Counted from the whole stretch's first letter, positions 1 through 12,512 are shown. The stretch is 63,804 nt of DNA, filler included, from Reclinomonas americana ATCC 50394 (GCA_048213135.1; 6 parts of 5 records of this genome joined end to end with filler, not necessarily neighbours in it), one strand, 5' to 3'. Program-made: numbers and translations. Notes: a model not told the origin generated them from the sequence alone.

Positions 1-49
1 ATCGCCTCTCTCTCTATGTACACTCACTTTTATGCTTCCTTCTCGGCAG

Positions 50-3000
50 GTACTGGTGGTGTCCGGGTGGTCCGGTGGCGGCAAGTCCGTACTTCTGCGT
101 CAGCTGACCACTCGCCTGCACCGGCGCGACGACACATTGGTGCTTTCGGCTCGTCTGGCTGGCATTCCTCGCGCTGAAGTGCTGCGCAAACCTGAAGCTC
201 TGCTGCCTCACCTCTTGCGCGAGGCCAACGAAGCGGCAATGGAAGAACGACTTCAAATGACAGAGGACGAGGTGCGTATGTGTGGGTGTATAGGTGTGTA
301 TGTGTGTGTATCTTTACGGAGACTGCATCGTGCAGTTCCGGCGTGTCGGCACAGTCGTACTGGTCCTCGATGGATACGATGAGTGTGGCGAACCACCGGG
401 CAATTTGTATGTCCACCACGAACTCGATGTTGCGACGTGTCACAGACTGTCAGTGAGAGCGCAAGAAAGAGAGCTTAACCTTTCCACGAATGCAGAGATG
501 GCCAAATGTGTTGCTGGTGGTGTCGGTGCGACGCGAGTTCATCAGCCGACTCGGCAACTTGTGGGCCGAGGAGCACTTTGTGCCAGTGGATCCGCGCCTG
601 TCGCGTGCGGCGCGTTTGCAGCAGCCGGAGCGCACGATGGCGCGATGCATGCTGCGCCTGTTTTCGAAGGACGACATTGACCTCTTTCTGCAACAGTTGA
701 GTGTGATTTCGTTTTGTGTAATCTCTTGTGCCTTGGGCTCACACTGCGCTTGTGTGCGCGAGTAGATTTGTGGAGTCACGCGCGGACCACCCGCGTTCGT
801 GGCAGCAACACAAGCAACAGATCGAGCACACGCCTGGGCTGGACGGGCTGGCGTCGTCGGTGAGTCGCTGATTGCTGAAGGAATTCGATGCTCGTCTCGT
901 TTTGTTCGTTGACCTTTGTTTCGCACATGCAGCCACTCATGTTGAACATGATTGTTGTGGTGTCGGAGGATTTGGAAAGGCTGAATCACAGCCACGCTTC
1001 TGCGCCATCTGCGACGCGTGTGACTCGTGCACGTTTGTACGAGGCGTTTGCCAAACACAAGCTGCGATGGGAATTCGAGCATCATCAGGTGCACATTCGA
1101 CAGGTGTGTGGCAGGTATCGCTAATGAGCATCTCATGCGTGGGTACGTTGTGAAATGACCACTCGGCCCGCAGCTGTATGGCGACGGGGAGTCGGAAGAG
1201 GACTTTTGCCTTCGTGTGTGGGACTTTTGCTCGGATCTCGCCGGCGAAATGATGCAGCACTCACTGACATCTGTGCGGCAGGGCGAGGTACGTTGAACGG
1301 CAACCCTATTCTCTCACTGCGTTTATCGTCTCACGCTCTCGCTGGTTTTCTGCAGCGCGTCATTGCGGAGCGACACGTGTGGGACAAGTGGTTCGACCGT
1401 GATGATCCGTCGCAGAATTCGCTTGTGCGCGCTGTTGCGTCATTTTGCACTGTGCTTGCTGCGCCATCGACGCCGCTGTGTTCATTTGCAAGAGCTGGCG
1501 CAGGCGTTGCTAAAGTGGAGCCGACTGGGGGTATCGCAACAACGCGTGGAGTTTGTGCACAAGTCTGTGCTGGAGTACTTTGCTGCGCAATCGTGGCTCG
1601 CAGATGTGCATGTGTTGGCCAACGAGGAGGCCGATTGGGAGGTGGGCGACTGCTGTGTGCACTGAGCCTTGTGGCTCGCGCAATTTTTTTTATTGATTCG
1701 CTGGTTGTCGTTGTCGCCGGTAGGATCGAGTCGACAGACTGTGCTCCAGCTTCAGTGGCCAGCGAACATTGCTTACCTCGGACGAAGTGAGTGTACACAG
1801 TACGAGATGTCAGCATGTACTTTATGCTCACTCCGCTGCCGTTCATGCAGGGTCTCAGCTCCGTTCTGTCATTCGTCGCCGAGCAAGTACGAGCCGAGCC
1901 GTCGCTGCATGACGTGTTGTGGAATGCCACTGTGGCGTCACGGAAAGATGAGAGGATGGCGGCGCTGTCATCGAGTGCAGCCAGTGCGCTGTGCCTCGCG
2001 GAGGTGCCGTTCAGTGGGCGAGATCTGTCGGGTGTACGAGTGAGGGGAGCAGATCTGCGCGATGCGGTGATGCACCGAACGGTGTGGCGAGGAGCGGATT
2101 TGCGAGGGGCGAACCTGTGCATGGCGTTTGCGCGTGAGGCTGACTTTCGGGATGCGGATGTGACGAGTGTGATGTGGCCGCGGAAGCCGTTCAAGGGGCA
2201 CAGCGATACCGTGACCTCCATAGCTGTCACCCCCGACGGGCAGCACATTGTCAGTGGGGGTGACGACGAAAAGGTGCGTGTGTGGTCTCTGGCGACTGGC
2301 GCCGAAGTGCTAAAGTTTGCTGGACATGATGCCGGCGTGTCGTCTGTTACCGTCACTCCCGACGGCAAGCACGTNNNNNNNNNNNNNNNNNNNNNNNNNN
2401 NNNNNNNNNNNNNNNNNNNNNNNNNNNNNNNNNNNNNNNNNNNNNNNNNNNNNNNNNNNNNNNNNNNNNNNNNNNNNNNNNNNNNNNNNNNNNNNNNNNN
2501 NNNNNNNNNNNNNNNNNNNNNNNNNNNNNNNNNNNNNNNNNNNNNNNNNNNNNNNNNNNNNNNNNNNNNNNNNNNNNNNNNNNNNNNNNNNNNNNNNNNN
2601 NNNNNNNNNNNNNNNNNNNNNNNNNNNNNNNNNNNNNNNNNNNNNNNNNNNNNNNNNNNNNNNNNNNNNNNNNNNNNNNNNNNNNNNNNNNNNNNNNNNN
2701 NNNNNNNNNNNNNNNNNNNNNNNNNNNNNNNNNNNNNNNNNNNNNNNNNNNNNNNNNNNNNNNNNNNNNNNNNNNNNNNNNNNNNNNNNNNNNNNNNNNN
2801 NNNNNNNNNNNNNNNNNNNNNNNNNNNNNNNNNNNNNNNNNNNNNNNNNNNNNNNNNNNNNNNNNNNNNNNNNNNNNNNNNNNNNNNNNNNNNNNNNNNN
2901 NNNNNNNNNNNNNNNNNNNNNNNNNNNNNNNNNNNNNNNNNNNNNNNNNNNNNNNNNNNNNNNNNNNNNNNNNNNNNNNNNNNNNNNNNNNNNNNNNNNN

Positions 3001-3762
3001 NNNNNNNNNNNNNNNNNNNNNNNNNNNNNNNNNNNNNNNNNNNNNNNNNNNNNNNNNNNNNNNNNNNNNNNNNNNNNNNNNNNNNNNNNNNNNNNNNNNN
3101 NNNNNNNNNNNNNNNNNNNNNNNNNNNNNNNNNNNNNNNNNNNNNNNNNNNNNNNNNNNNNNNNNNNNNNNNNNNNNNNNNNNNNNNNNNNNNNNNNNNN
3201 NNNNNNNNNNNNNNNNNNNNNNNNNNNNNNNNNNNNNNNNNNNNNNNNNNNNNNNNNNNNNNNNNNNNNNNNNNNNNNNNNNNNNNNNNNNNNNNNNNNN
3301 NNNNNNNNNNNNNNNNNNNNNNNNNNNNNNNNNNNNNNNNNNNNNNNNNNNNNNNNNNNNNNNNNNNNNNNTCCCGACAGCCAGCTAATTGTCAGCGGAA
3401 GCTTGGACAACACGGTACGTGTGTGGTCACTGGCAAGTGGCGAAGAGGTGCGACGACTGCTGGGTCACACGAATATGGTGCGGTCTGTCGCCGTTGCTCC
3501 CAACGGCCAGCTTGTGGTGAGCGGAAGTGAGGACAAGACGGTGCGCGTGTGGTCGCTGGCGAGCGGCGAAGAAGTGCACCGGTTGGAGGGGCACACTGCG
3601 CCGATAAAGTCTGTTGCCATTACCACCGATGGTGAACGCATCGTATGCGGCAGTGGCAAGGCGATGTGGGTGTGGTCTCTGGCTGCAGCCGGGAGTGGCG
3701 GACTGCTCGTTCGTGTCATCGGGTCGTTTTTGCCTGACCTGCAGGGCGCGCTGTACAAGTAA
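50..3762 (+). CDS. STAND NTPase with NACHT + pentapeptide repeats + WD40 repeats (NWD/NLR-like); multi-exon, 5' end outside window, interrupted by N-gap 2375-3371
   Basis: Walker A SGWSGGGKS (exon from 50), Walker B VVLVLDGYDE, PLMLNMI, winged-helix motif EFVHKSVLEYFAA, pentapeptide run FSGRDLSGVRVRGADLRDAV..GADLRGANL..EADFRDADV, then GH-x-V-x-SVAVTPDG WD repeats to TAA at 3760-3762. GT-AG introns restore one reading frame. Confidence 0.9.
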
Positions 3763-3946
3763 TGTTGAAATGAACGCGACCATGCTGTTGCCAATGTGCG
3801 CGTCGTTCTCTGACATGAGCGCGTGTTCAGTATCCCTTCTTCATTCTCTGACACTGGCTCACCGATTTCGCGGCTTCGAGAACACACTCGGTGACGTTCG
3901 ATGACGTGTCCTCTGGGTGCATTGCAGCCTGATCGCTGCGCCAAGA

Positions 3947-5799
3947 ATGGCCGATAATCCCACGTTGCGCGCCTCATTCTCTATCCCTCTCTTCGGCATC
4001 TCTTCCAGTCCCTCCTCTCGCCACAAACGCCTCACCGAGTTCACATACTCCTGGCAAGCCGACAAGGAGATTGTGTTCTCGGTCGCCATCACACCCGACG
4101 GCCTACACATTGTCAGCGGCGGCGATGACAAGGTGGTGCGCCTGTGGCTGCTGAAGACTGGTCGGCGAGTGCGCCAGTACAAGGGCCACACTGGCCCTGT
4201 GTTCTGTGTCGCTGTCACCCCGGATGGGCAGCACATTGTGAGCAGCGGCGACGAGAGCACCATTCGCGTGTGGTCGCTGGCCACAGGCCAACAGGTGCGG
4301 CAGCTGAGTGGACACGGAGGAGGAGTTCCGTCGATCGCGATCACCCCCGATGGACGGCGCGTGGTGACCGCGGGCTACAACATGTTCGTGGGCGTGTGGT
4401 CGCTGGCGACTGGGAAGTGCGAGCACCGATTGCAGGGCATCTACGAAGGGGTCGATGCGGTCGCCGCGTCGCCAGTCGTCGACGAGGATGAGGGGCAGTA
4501 TGTGATCGGCGTCAGCCAAACCGGTTCCATGTGCCTGTGGTCGCTGGGGAACGGCGAGGAGCCGCTGTTGGAGCACTTTGGTTCGGTTAAATGCGCCGCC
4601 TTCAGTCCCGATGGCCGGCACGTGGTCGCCGGCGACTATGACGTGGGCGTGTGGTCTCTGGATGACGCCGCGGATGTGGATTCCGACGACGATGAGATGG
4701 GCGACTGGGATCCAAAGTTCGAGACCCAACTCAATTCGGTGAGCGCGCTCGCCGTCACCCCCGACGGCAAACACTTTGTCTACGCCGATAGCGAAGGCGA
4801 CTGCGGTATCTGTTCCATGGCGAATGGCAGAAAGGTACACGAGTGGCATGCGCACGAGGTAATCGTGCAAACGATCGCCGTCTCGCCTTGCGGCAAGTAT
4901 GTCGTGAGTGGCGACGCGCAAGGAGTTATCAGCGTGTGGCAGTGGCGGGAGGAGAACCCCAAGCGCGACGAAGAGGAGATGAAGGCCCTGGGCCTGATGG
5001 CCAGCGATGACGACGACGACGATGACGAGGCAGACGGCAAGGGCAAGAGTGGCAAGAAGGCGGCAATTGCAAGCGAGAAGAGCAACAAGGCAGCAACATC
5101 AGCAGCGCCGGTGGCCGAAGCCAGCAAGAAGAAGAGGCGGAGGAGGAGGAAGAAGAACAGCAATAAGGCAGGGGGCATCGAGGACGATGGAGCAGCGTCG
5201 GCATCATCATCTACAACTGCGACAACCGCGGCTGCACCAGCCAAGGCAGACGACGACGACAAGCTGCATGGCACGAGGGTGGTCGCGTCGAATCCGGCAC
5301 TGCCACCCTTGGAGAGGATGGCAGAGGTGGCGGCATCGTTGGGGATGATTGACGGCGGGCCACTCGGTAAGGCGACTCTCTCTCTGTTATGTGGGCGTGT
5401 ATGTCACTCACTGCTGGCGACACAGACTTCTCGGCATTGTCGGCGGATGCTCTGGCGCAGCTGGTCGCGTCGGTGGAGCCCGACGTGCTGGTGGATTTCA
5501 TCGAGAGCAATGGTCTCGACTCTCTTCTCGGCGACTACAACAACCGTCGGAAGCCGGGTTCCGCGGCCGTCGCGAGTGTCGTCAAGAAGGAGGACGTTGA
5601 CGATGGCGCGGATCCGGAGGATGAAGACGACGACGGGGAAGAGGAAGACGACGATGATGATGATGACGAGTACGCCGACTGCGACGAGTACGACGACGAC
5701 GACGACGACGAGTATGCCGACTTTGACGAGTACGGCGAGTACTATGGTAGCGGGTATGACGACGACGACGAGGACGACGACGACGAGGACGACGACTAG
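3947..5799 (+). CDS. WD40-repeat protein with Lys/Arg-rich linker and very acidic C-terminal tail
   Basis: About 7 WD-like repeats (SVAITPDGLHIVSGGDDKVVRLW etc.). Intron 5367-5425 joins to the D/E/Y-rich exon ending TAG at 5799. Possible in-frame 45-nt intron at 3964-4008. Start codon uncertain. Confidence 0.8.
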
Positions 5800-5999
5800 A
5801 GAGGTTCCATTCTACATTGTTTGCATTTGCATAGTTGTTGTTGGTGCACGGCCTTTTCCTCTCGCACTGCATCGCTGCCTACTCTATGCCCATTAATTAC
5901 AAAAGCCCTTCATTGCCTCACCACATCAACTTGAGCACGAGTGAATCGAATGAAGCACAACTTCATGTCCTCTCAATCATCCCTTCTTTGTTCCCCTCC

Positions 6000-6536
6000 A
6001 TGAGCGCCGAATCACCCGTCTCACCCTCCGACTCTGCAGTCTCCGTGGTGACTGCCTACCTCGACGCCTTCAACGCCGGCAACCTGGACGCCGTGCTCAG
6101 CGCACTGGCGCCCGACTGCAAAGTCACACTCAATGCCTCTGTGCTGGCCGCCTCCTCCACCACCACGACCACTGATGCACCACCACCAGCAGCTGCTGCT
6201 GATCATGAGGACACTCGTCAAGTGGTGTGCACCTCACGCGAGGAGATGGCACCGTCGTATGTCACCGACATGGAACGCAACCTGTGTGTGCGCGTGGAAG
6301 GGCGGCCACAGGTCGAGCGACACTACAGCAAGAACGCGGACTCGCGCGATGATGACGATGGAGTTGTCGGCGTGCGAGTGACGCTGGTGACTAATGATTC
6401 GCGGCGACTGGATGTGACCTATTATGTGCATGTGCCGAGTGAGGTGATGGTGGAGCACTACATTCGCTCGGTGCGCACGGTGGGTGGCGCCGCGGCGGCG
6501 GCGACAGGCGAGGATGTGCATGAGAAGACTGAGTGA
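6000..6536 (+). CDS. SnoaL-like / NTF2-fold small protein, apparently intronless
   Basis: N-terminal VVTAYLDAFNAGNLDAVLSALAPDCKV is the typical SnoaL/NTF2 helix motif, followed by beta-strand-like segments. ATG at 6000, TGA at 6534-6536. Confidence 0.7.
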   Translation: MSAESPVSPSDSAVSVVTAYLDAFNAGNLDAVLSALAPDCKVTLNASVLAASSTTTTTDAPPPAAAADHEDTRQVVCTSREEMAPSYVTDMERNLCVRVEGRPQVERHYSKNADSRDDDDGVVGVRVTLVTNDSRRLDVTYYVHVPSEVMVEHYIRSVRTVGGAAAAATGEDVHEKTE

Positions 6537-6942
6537 AGGAGATGGAGATTGTGAGAGAATCGTTGGTCGTCGTCAGAGTTGTCGTCGGAAAAATGCCGGT
6601 GGTGGTCGACTTGCAGGTGAGTGCTTGCGTCTGCGTGGTTAGCCTCGTTTCGTTGCTCATTGTCATGGTTGTTGCGATCAGAAGTCCTCTCGTGCCACGG
6701 CTGCCAGAGCGAAAGGAAGTTTTGCTCGTCCACTCCGCGGCTGCAGAAGCCAGGCGAATTCCGCTGACTTGCCTGGCTACTTGGCCAAGAGCACCCGTTG
6801 ATAACAGGCGTTGAGCGCGCTGTACGTTGCGAGGGGCCCACTAATTCAATGGGAGCAAAGGAGCACGACCACAAACTTCAGCGCTGTGCTCCACGGACGC
6901 TGCAATCGGGCCAGGATAAACAGCGCTCTGCAGAACAACAGG

Positions 6943-6986
6943 CAAATAAGCAACAGCTGTCTTGATGACCAAGTCCAACCGTATCC
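6943..6986 (+). repeat. Short dispersed intergenic element, copy 1 (copy 2 on the minus strand at about 53673-53720)
   Basis: AAGCAACAGCTG(T/C)CTTGATGACCAA(GT/CG)CCAACC..GTATCC is shared between the two loci, about 47 kb apart. Confidence 0.65.
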
Positions 6987-7183
6987 GACAGCGGCACGTG
7001 CACGGTTCTTGTGCGCGTTTGCTCTCGGAGCTTCGAACAAGGCGAGAAGGCACTGCGATCTTCATCGAATAACACAGACACATGCACTGCACTGGGCTGC
7101 TACTGGCCTCTGTTCCAGCAGGCGTCCACGCGTCCGTGCCCTTGGACGGTGAGCAACGCGAAACAAACAAAACACGTTCCAAC

Positions 7184-7803
7184 ATGCGACAAACGTCCAC
7201 AAATCCCTTGTCGAAATGGCTAGAGGAGGTGCACGACAGAACAGCTTCGTCGCCACTCAGCTCGGGTATCACAAGCATCACAAGTGACAAGGCGCATCGC
7301 ATCTCGTGCGTTGCCCACAAGAACCACGCGAAGTTGCTTGACCACGAAGGAGGACGCGCATATTTCCACTCATTCAATAGAGGAGCGTCGACAATGGATC
7401 GCCCTCTGCTCTCCTCCACCAACGGAGACGGGCCTGTCTCCGAGCACAAGCAGCAGAGCAGTGACTGGTCCTCCTTGCGCACACACACTCCTCACACGAA
7501 TGGATTCGCAAGAGGAGGAGGAGAGCAAGAGTTGTTTGATGTGACTGTTGGAGCACCGCGGTCGTTGTATACCTCGGATGAGGTGTTCAACTTGTTGGGA
7601 TGGGGAAGGTGTGTGTGTGTGTGAGAGAGAGGGGTGAATGCATGCATTTTCCTGTGCTGATCATGTGCATTGTTCTCGCATTCTTGTCTCCGGCAACTCA
7701 CTGGCATTCTCACTGTGTTTTCTTTTGATTGTGGTGCCTTTATGCTCCTGTTCTTTCCAGTACTTCTTTTTGCAGTTCTTTGTCTTGTCTCTCTTCTCGT
7801 TTG

Positions 7804-7879
<76 letters not shown>

Positions 7880-8600
7880 GTACTTCTCTCTCNNNNNNNN
7901 NNNNNNNNNNNNNNNNNNNNNNNNNNNNNNNNNNNNNNNNNNNNNNNNNNNNNNNNNNNNNNNNNNNNNNNNNNNNNNNNNNNNNNNNNNNNNNNNNNNN
8001 NNNNNNNNNNNNNNNNNNNNNNNNNNNNNNNNNNNNNNNNNNNNNNNNNNNNNNNNNNNNNNNNNNNNNNNNNNNNNNNNNNNNNNNNNNNNNNNNNNNN
8101 NNNNNNNNNNNNNNNNNNNNNNNNNNNNNNNNNNNNNNNNNNNNNNNNNNNNNNNNNNNNNNNNNNNNNNNNNNNNNNNNNNNNNNNNNNNNNNNNNNNN
8201 NNNNNNNNNNNNNNNNNNNNNNNNNNNNNNNNNNNNNNNNNNNNNNNNNNNNNNNNNNNNNNNNNNNNNNNNNNNNNNNNNNNNNNNNNNNNNNNNNNNN
8301 NNNNNNNNNNNNNNNNNNNNNNNNNNNNNNNNNNNNNNNNNNNNNNNNNNNNNNNNNNNNNNNNNNNNNNNNNNNNNNNNNNNNNNNNNNNNNNNNNNNN
8401 NNNNNNNNNNNNNNNNNNNNNNNNNNNNNNNNNNNNNNNNNNNNNNNNNNNNNNNNNNNNNNNNNNNNNNNNNNNNNNNNNNNNNNNNNNNNCGTTACGT
8501 TTACGTTACGTTTACGTTACGTTCGTTCGTTCTTCGTTCGTTCTACTACTTACTTACTTTACGTTTACGTTCGTTACGTTCTTCTCTTCTTCTTCTTTCT

Positions 8601-8665
<65 letters not shown>

Positions 8666-11231
8666 TCCCTGTCGCACTGTGCTGTCTCCGGCAACTCACT
8701 GCTGGTATTCACACTGCGTTTTCAGCTGTCTTTGCGCTCGTGTGCTCTCCAATACTTCTGCAATGCCTTGTCTTGTCTCCCTCTCCGTCGTCTGTCTCTC
8801 TCTCTCTCTCTCTCTCGCTCTCTCCTGTGGTTTCCCTTCGTCCTTGTCTCCTTTCCTCTCCTCTCGTCTCTCCGTCATCTCCTTCACGCTCTCACCCTCC
8901 TTTTGCCCCGCAGGTACCAATGGGGCATCATGTTTCTGTGTGGCTCCACATGGGCCGTGGACGCGGCGGTGCGTTTCCGCTCCCACTGCCCTCGCGCTGG
9001 TGCTGCTCTTGTTTGCTGACGAGTTTGTGATGAGCAGGAGGTGCTGCTCGTCTCCTTTCTCATGCCCATATTGCGCGACGAATGGAACATTTCGCGTGTG
9101 CAGGAGAGCTTGCTGGGAGGTGCGCGTCGCTTCCAATCACCTCGCGCGCGCGCTCTCTCTCATCGTAAAACACAGGACTGACCTTCTTCGGCATGATGAT
9201 CGGGGCGCTGACGTGGGGCATTGTCGGCGACAAGTTGCGCCGCCTCTCACCGCGGTGATTTCCTGTTGCCCGCTGCATCTCTCACCTTTGTGTTTCGCCA
9301 CAGATACGGCCGGAGACGTGGCTCACTGTGTGTGACTGCATTCACCGGTCTTTTCGGCTTTGTGAGCGCCTTCTCCCCCAATATCTGGGTGCTCATGGTA
9401 ATCGCAAGTCGCCCTCACACATCACGCATGCCTGCACAGTGGCTGACACGTGTCGTCCTCGCATTAGTTGTTTCGACTCCTGCTGGGCATCGGACTCGGC
9501 GGTGCGCCAGTCACCTTCAATTTGTTTGCAGAAATGGTGCCGGCATCCGCACGTGGCAAGACGCTGGTGGTGGTTGAGGGCGGCTTCTGGACGCTCGGCT
9601 CTGTGTTCATTGCGGGTCTTGCCTGGCTCGTGATACCACCACTCGGGTTGCGTGCGCTCGTCGCTGCGAGGGTGAGAGATAATACTCGTCCCTCACGTTT
9701 ATTTTCAGGTGGCGGTGGTTCCTCGCCCTCAGCGCCGTTCCCACCATTCTCACTTTCGTGCTCTACGTGTTCTTCATGGTGAGCGACTTGGTCAGCGTGG
9801 GCACCCGAAGAAAAGCAGCACCTAACACCTTGCTGTCATGCAGCCCGAATCACCTCGCTATCTATTAATCAGTGGTCGACATGCGGAAGCCGAGCGCGTG
9901 CTACGAGTGCGTTTTTCTCTCTCTCTCTCTCTCGCTTTGCGTGTGTTTGTGCCTCAGGATTTTTTATTCTCGCTGCATCCGTGTTCTCACTTCGTTTTCA
10001 CACAAATTTCTCTCTGCTCCCTGTTCCCTGCCAATCCTTCTCCCTTCCGTAGTGCCCTTCCATTTTTTCTCGATAGGCCTTTTTGTGTGCACCGTTCCCC
10101 TCCCTGGCTCCTCCCCTGCTCCTCTCCCTGCTCACCCGTCTGTCGCTGCTCTTCCCCAAGACATTCATCTCTCTGTCCACCCTTCTTCCTCTGTCCTCGC
10201 TCTTCTTTACCCATCTCTCTGTCCACCCCTCCCCCTCTGCCCCTCCCCTCGCCATGCTCCTCTCCCTGTCCACCCTTTTTTTCGTCTCCCCTCCCTTCTG
10301 TGCTCGTCTCCCTGCCCACTCTTGTCCCGCTGCGCTACCCCAATGCATCCGTTCCCTGTACACGCTTTTCTCTTCGCCCTTCCCCCTCTCTTCCCTCCGC
10401 TCTTCCCCCTCTCTTCCCTTCCCCTTCTATGCCCCTCTCCCTGTCCTTCCTCTTCCATGCCCCTTCCCCCTGCCCACCTCCCCTCCTCGACAGCGCGTGG
10501 GTCGCGTCAATGGACGACCCCTGGACGAAAACGTCGGCCTCATACCCTACACACCAAGCACTGAGGACGTGCGCGGCCGCGCTTCACTTCTCGAACTCTT
10601 CTCCCCCGAATACAGGCTCATCACGCTTCTGCTGTGGGTCATCTGGGTTTGTGCTCTCCCGCCTGCGCCTCATGAAAGCGACTCTTCTCACGATTCGTGC
10701 AGGCCGCGGACACGCTGTCGTACTACGGTGTCAGTCTGATCACGCCGTCGTACTTTGCCACCATCTCCTCCAGCATCTACCTCAGTGTGTTTCTGACTGC
10801 GATTGCTCAATTGCCGGCGCTCCTCGTCGTGTTCTTGATTGTGGATAAGTTTGGAAGGTGCGTGGGATTACCAACAAAAGACTCTGCTTGTGCACGTGCT
10901 CACCTCACCACATTCGACTTGCAGGCGGTGGACCCTGGCCCTCATGTTCTTCCTGTGCGGCGTGAGCATGGGTTTCCTGCTGATGGAACACATGGCACCG
11001 ACCTGGTTCCTCATCCTCATGGCCGTTATCGCTCGCGGTACTGGCCAGGGCGCCTTCACCACCACGTTGCGTCCTAGCGTATGGGGGTGGGCTGGTGGAA
11101 GTATGCCGACTCACGAGTCCAAACACAGCTACGTCTACACACCGGAGGTGTACGCCACGGTGGTGCGCAGCACGGGTCTCGGATCTGCCAGCGCAGTCTC
11201 TCGTCTCTTTGGAATCGCCACGTCGTTCATT
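7184..11231 (+). CDS. MFS transporter, SV2/SVOP (synaptic vesicle 2-related) family; multi-exon, 3' end in gap
   Basis: Spliced product contains LGWGRYQWGIMFLCGSTWAVDAA, GIVGDKYGRR, FRLLLGIGLGG, FAEMVP..RG, LGWRW, PESPRYL, DKFGRR and YVYTPEVYATVVRSTGLG. Confidence 0.9.
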
Positions 11232-11916
11232 NNNNNNNNNNNNNNNNNNNNNNNNNNNNNNNNNNNNNNNNNNNNNNNNNNNNNNNNNNNNNNNNNNNNN
11301 NNNNNNNNNNNNNNNNNNNNNNNNNNNNNNNNNNNNNNNNNNNNNNNNNNNNNNNNNNNNNNNNNNNNNNNNNNNNNNNNNNNNNNNNNNNNNNNNNNNN
11401 NNNNNNNNNNNNNNNNNNNNNNNNNNNNNNNNNNNNNNNNNNNNNNNNNNNNNNNNNNNNNNNNNNNNNNNNNNNNNNNNNNNNNNNNNNNNNNNNNNNN
11501 NNNNNNNNNNNNNNNNNNNNNNNNNNNNNNNNNNNNNNNNNNNNNNNNNNNNNNNNNNNNNNNNNNNNNNNNNNNNNNNNNNNNNNNNNNNNNNNNNNNN
11601 NNNNNNNNNNNNNNNNNNNNNNNNNNNNNNNNNNNNNNNNNNNNNNNNNNNNNNNNNNNNNNNNNNNNNNNNNNNNNNNNNNNNNNNNNNNNNNNNNNNN
11701 NNNNNNNNNNNNNNNNNNNNNNNNNNNNNNNNNNNNNNNNNNNNNNNNNNNNNNNNNNNNNNNNNNNNNNNNNNNNNNNNNNNNNNNNNNNNNNNNNNNN
11801 NNNNNNNNNNNNNNNNNNNNNNNNNNNNNNNNNNNNNNNNNNNNNNNNNNNNNNNNNNNNNNNNNNNNNNNNNNNNNNNNNNNNNNNNNNNNNNNNNNNN
11901 NNNNNNNNNNNNNNNN

Positions 11917-12445
11917 AATTGCTGATCGGCGGGCAGGCGCGCAGGATCGAGAAATGCAATCAGTTGTCGTCGATGAGCAAGCAGCTTGCGCGATCGGTAC
12001 GGCTCGTGTCGACCATAGAAGCCACCATTGATTACTGTGCTCACAATGAGCGAGTGAGTGAGTGTGAGTGTGTGCAGAGAGTCTCACCGGGAATCATTGC
12101 TTGCTCCAAGAATGCCTCTCCGTTGCGATAGTCGACAAAGGCACCGGCGAGAGACGAGGTTCCCGGTCGCTGAAGAGCCTTGACCTCCGATCCAAGCAGT
12201 GAGAGTCCACACTGCACGCACACACACACGCGTGTGGCACAGTCAGACAAGTCTCTCTCTCTCTCTCTCGCGTGCATGCATACACACACCTCAATGCTGT
12301 CCATGATGTGATATCGTTCAGCGACGCGCGGGTTGCGCACGAGCATGCGTCGCTCGTCGGAAGTCGATGTCGACAGCGCAGCGCTTTGTTGCCATGGTCG
12401 TCGAACAGTGGAGAGAAGTGCGAGTGCGCGTGAGCGAAGAAACAT
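11917..12445 (-). CDS. smpB: SsrA(tmRNA)-binding protein SmpB with N-terminal mitochondrial-type targeting presequence; exons 12445-12290, 12211-12088, 12034-<11917; C-terminus in gap
   Basis: Spliced: MFLRSRALALLSTVRRPWQQSAALSTS..LVRNPRVAERYHIMDSIE|CGLSLLGSEVKALQ..SLAGAFVDYRNGEAFLEQAMIP|VINGGFYGRHEPYRSRKLLAHRRQL. This follows the SmpB consensus N-x-x-A-x-x-x-Y-x-I..E-x-G-x-x-L-x-G-x-EVK, NGE and H-x-P-x-R-x-RKLL-x-H. GT-AG introns at 12289-12212 and 12087-12035. Confidence 0.9.
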
Positions 12446-12512
12446 TTCCGAATCAACAAGCAGGAGGACAGTCGTGAAGGCAACAGTGTTGGTGTTTACT
12501 GAAGTCTTCCTA

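Noticed and set aside
429..495. Alternative reading of GTTGCG donors as non-GT (TTGCG) introns
   Set aside because: This would require every acceptor to shift one base past AG. The GT-AG reading restores the same frames more simply.
3760..3900. Possible frameshifted continuation of the NWD C-terminus (CTSNVEMNATMLL) after the TAA
   Set aside because: The resemblance to NWD terminal pentapeptide-like tails is too weak, and a sequencing indel cannot be distinguished from chance.
9838..10848. Long Pro/Ser/Leu-rich ORFs, also 49590-50705
   Set aside because: Read-through of CT-rich introns that lack stop codons. The flanking exons splice cleanly around them.
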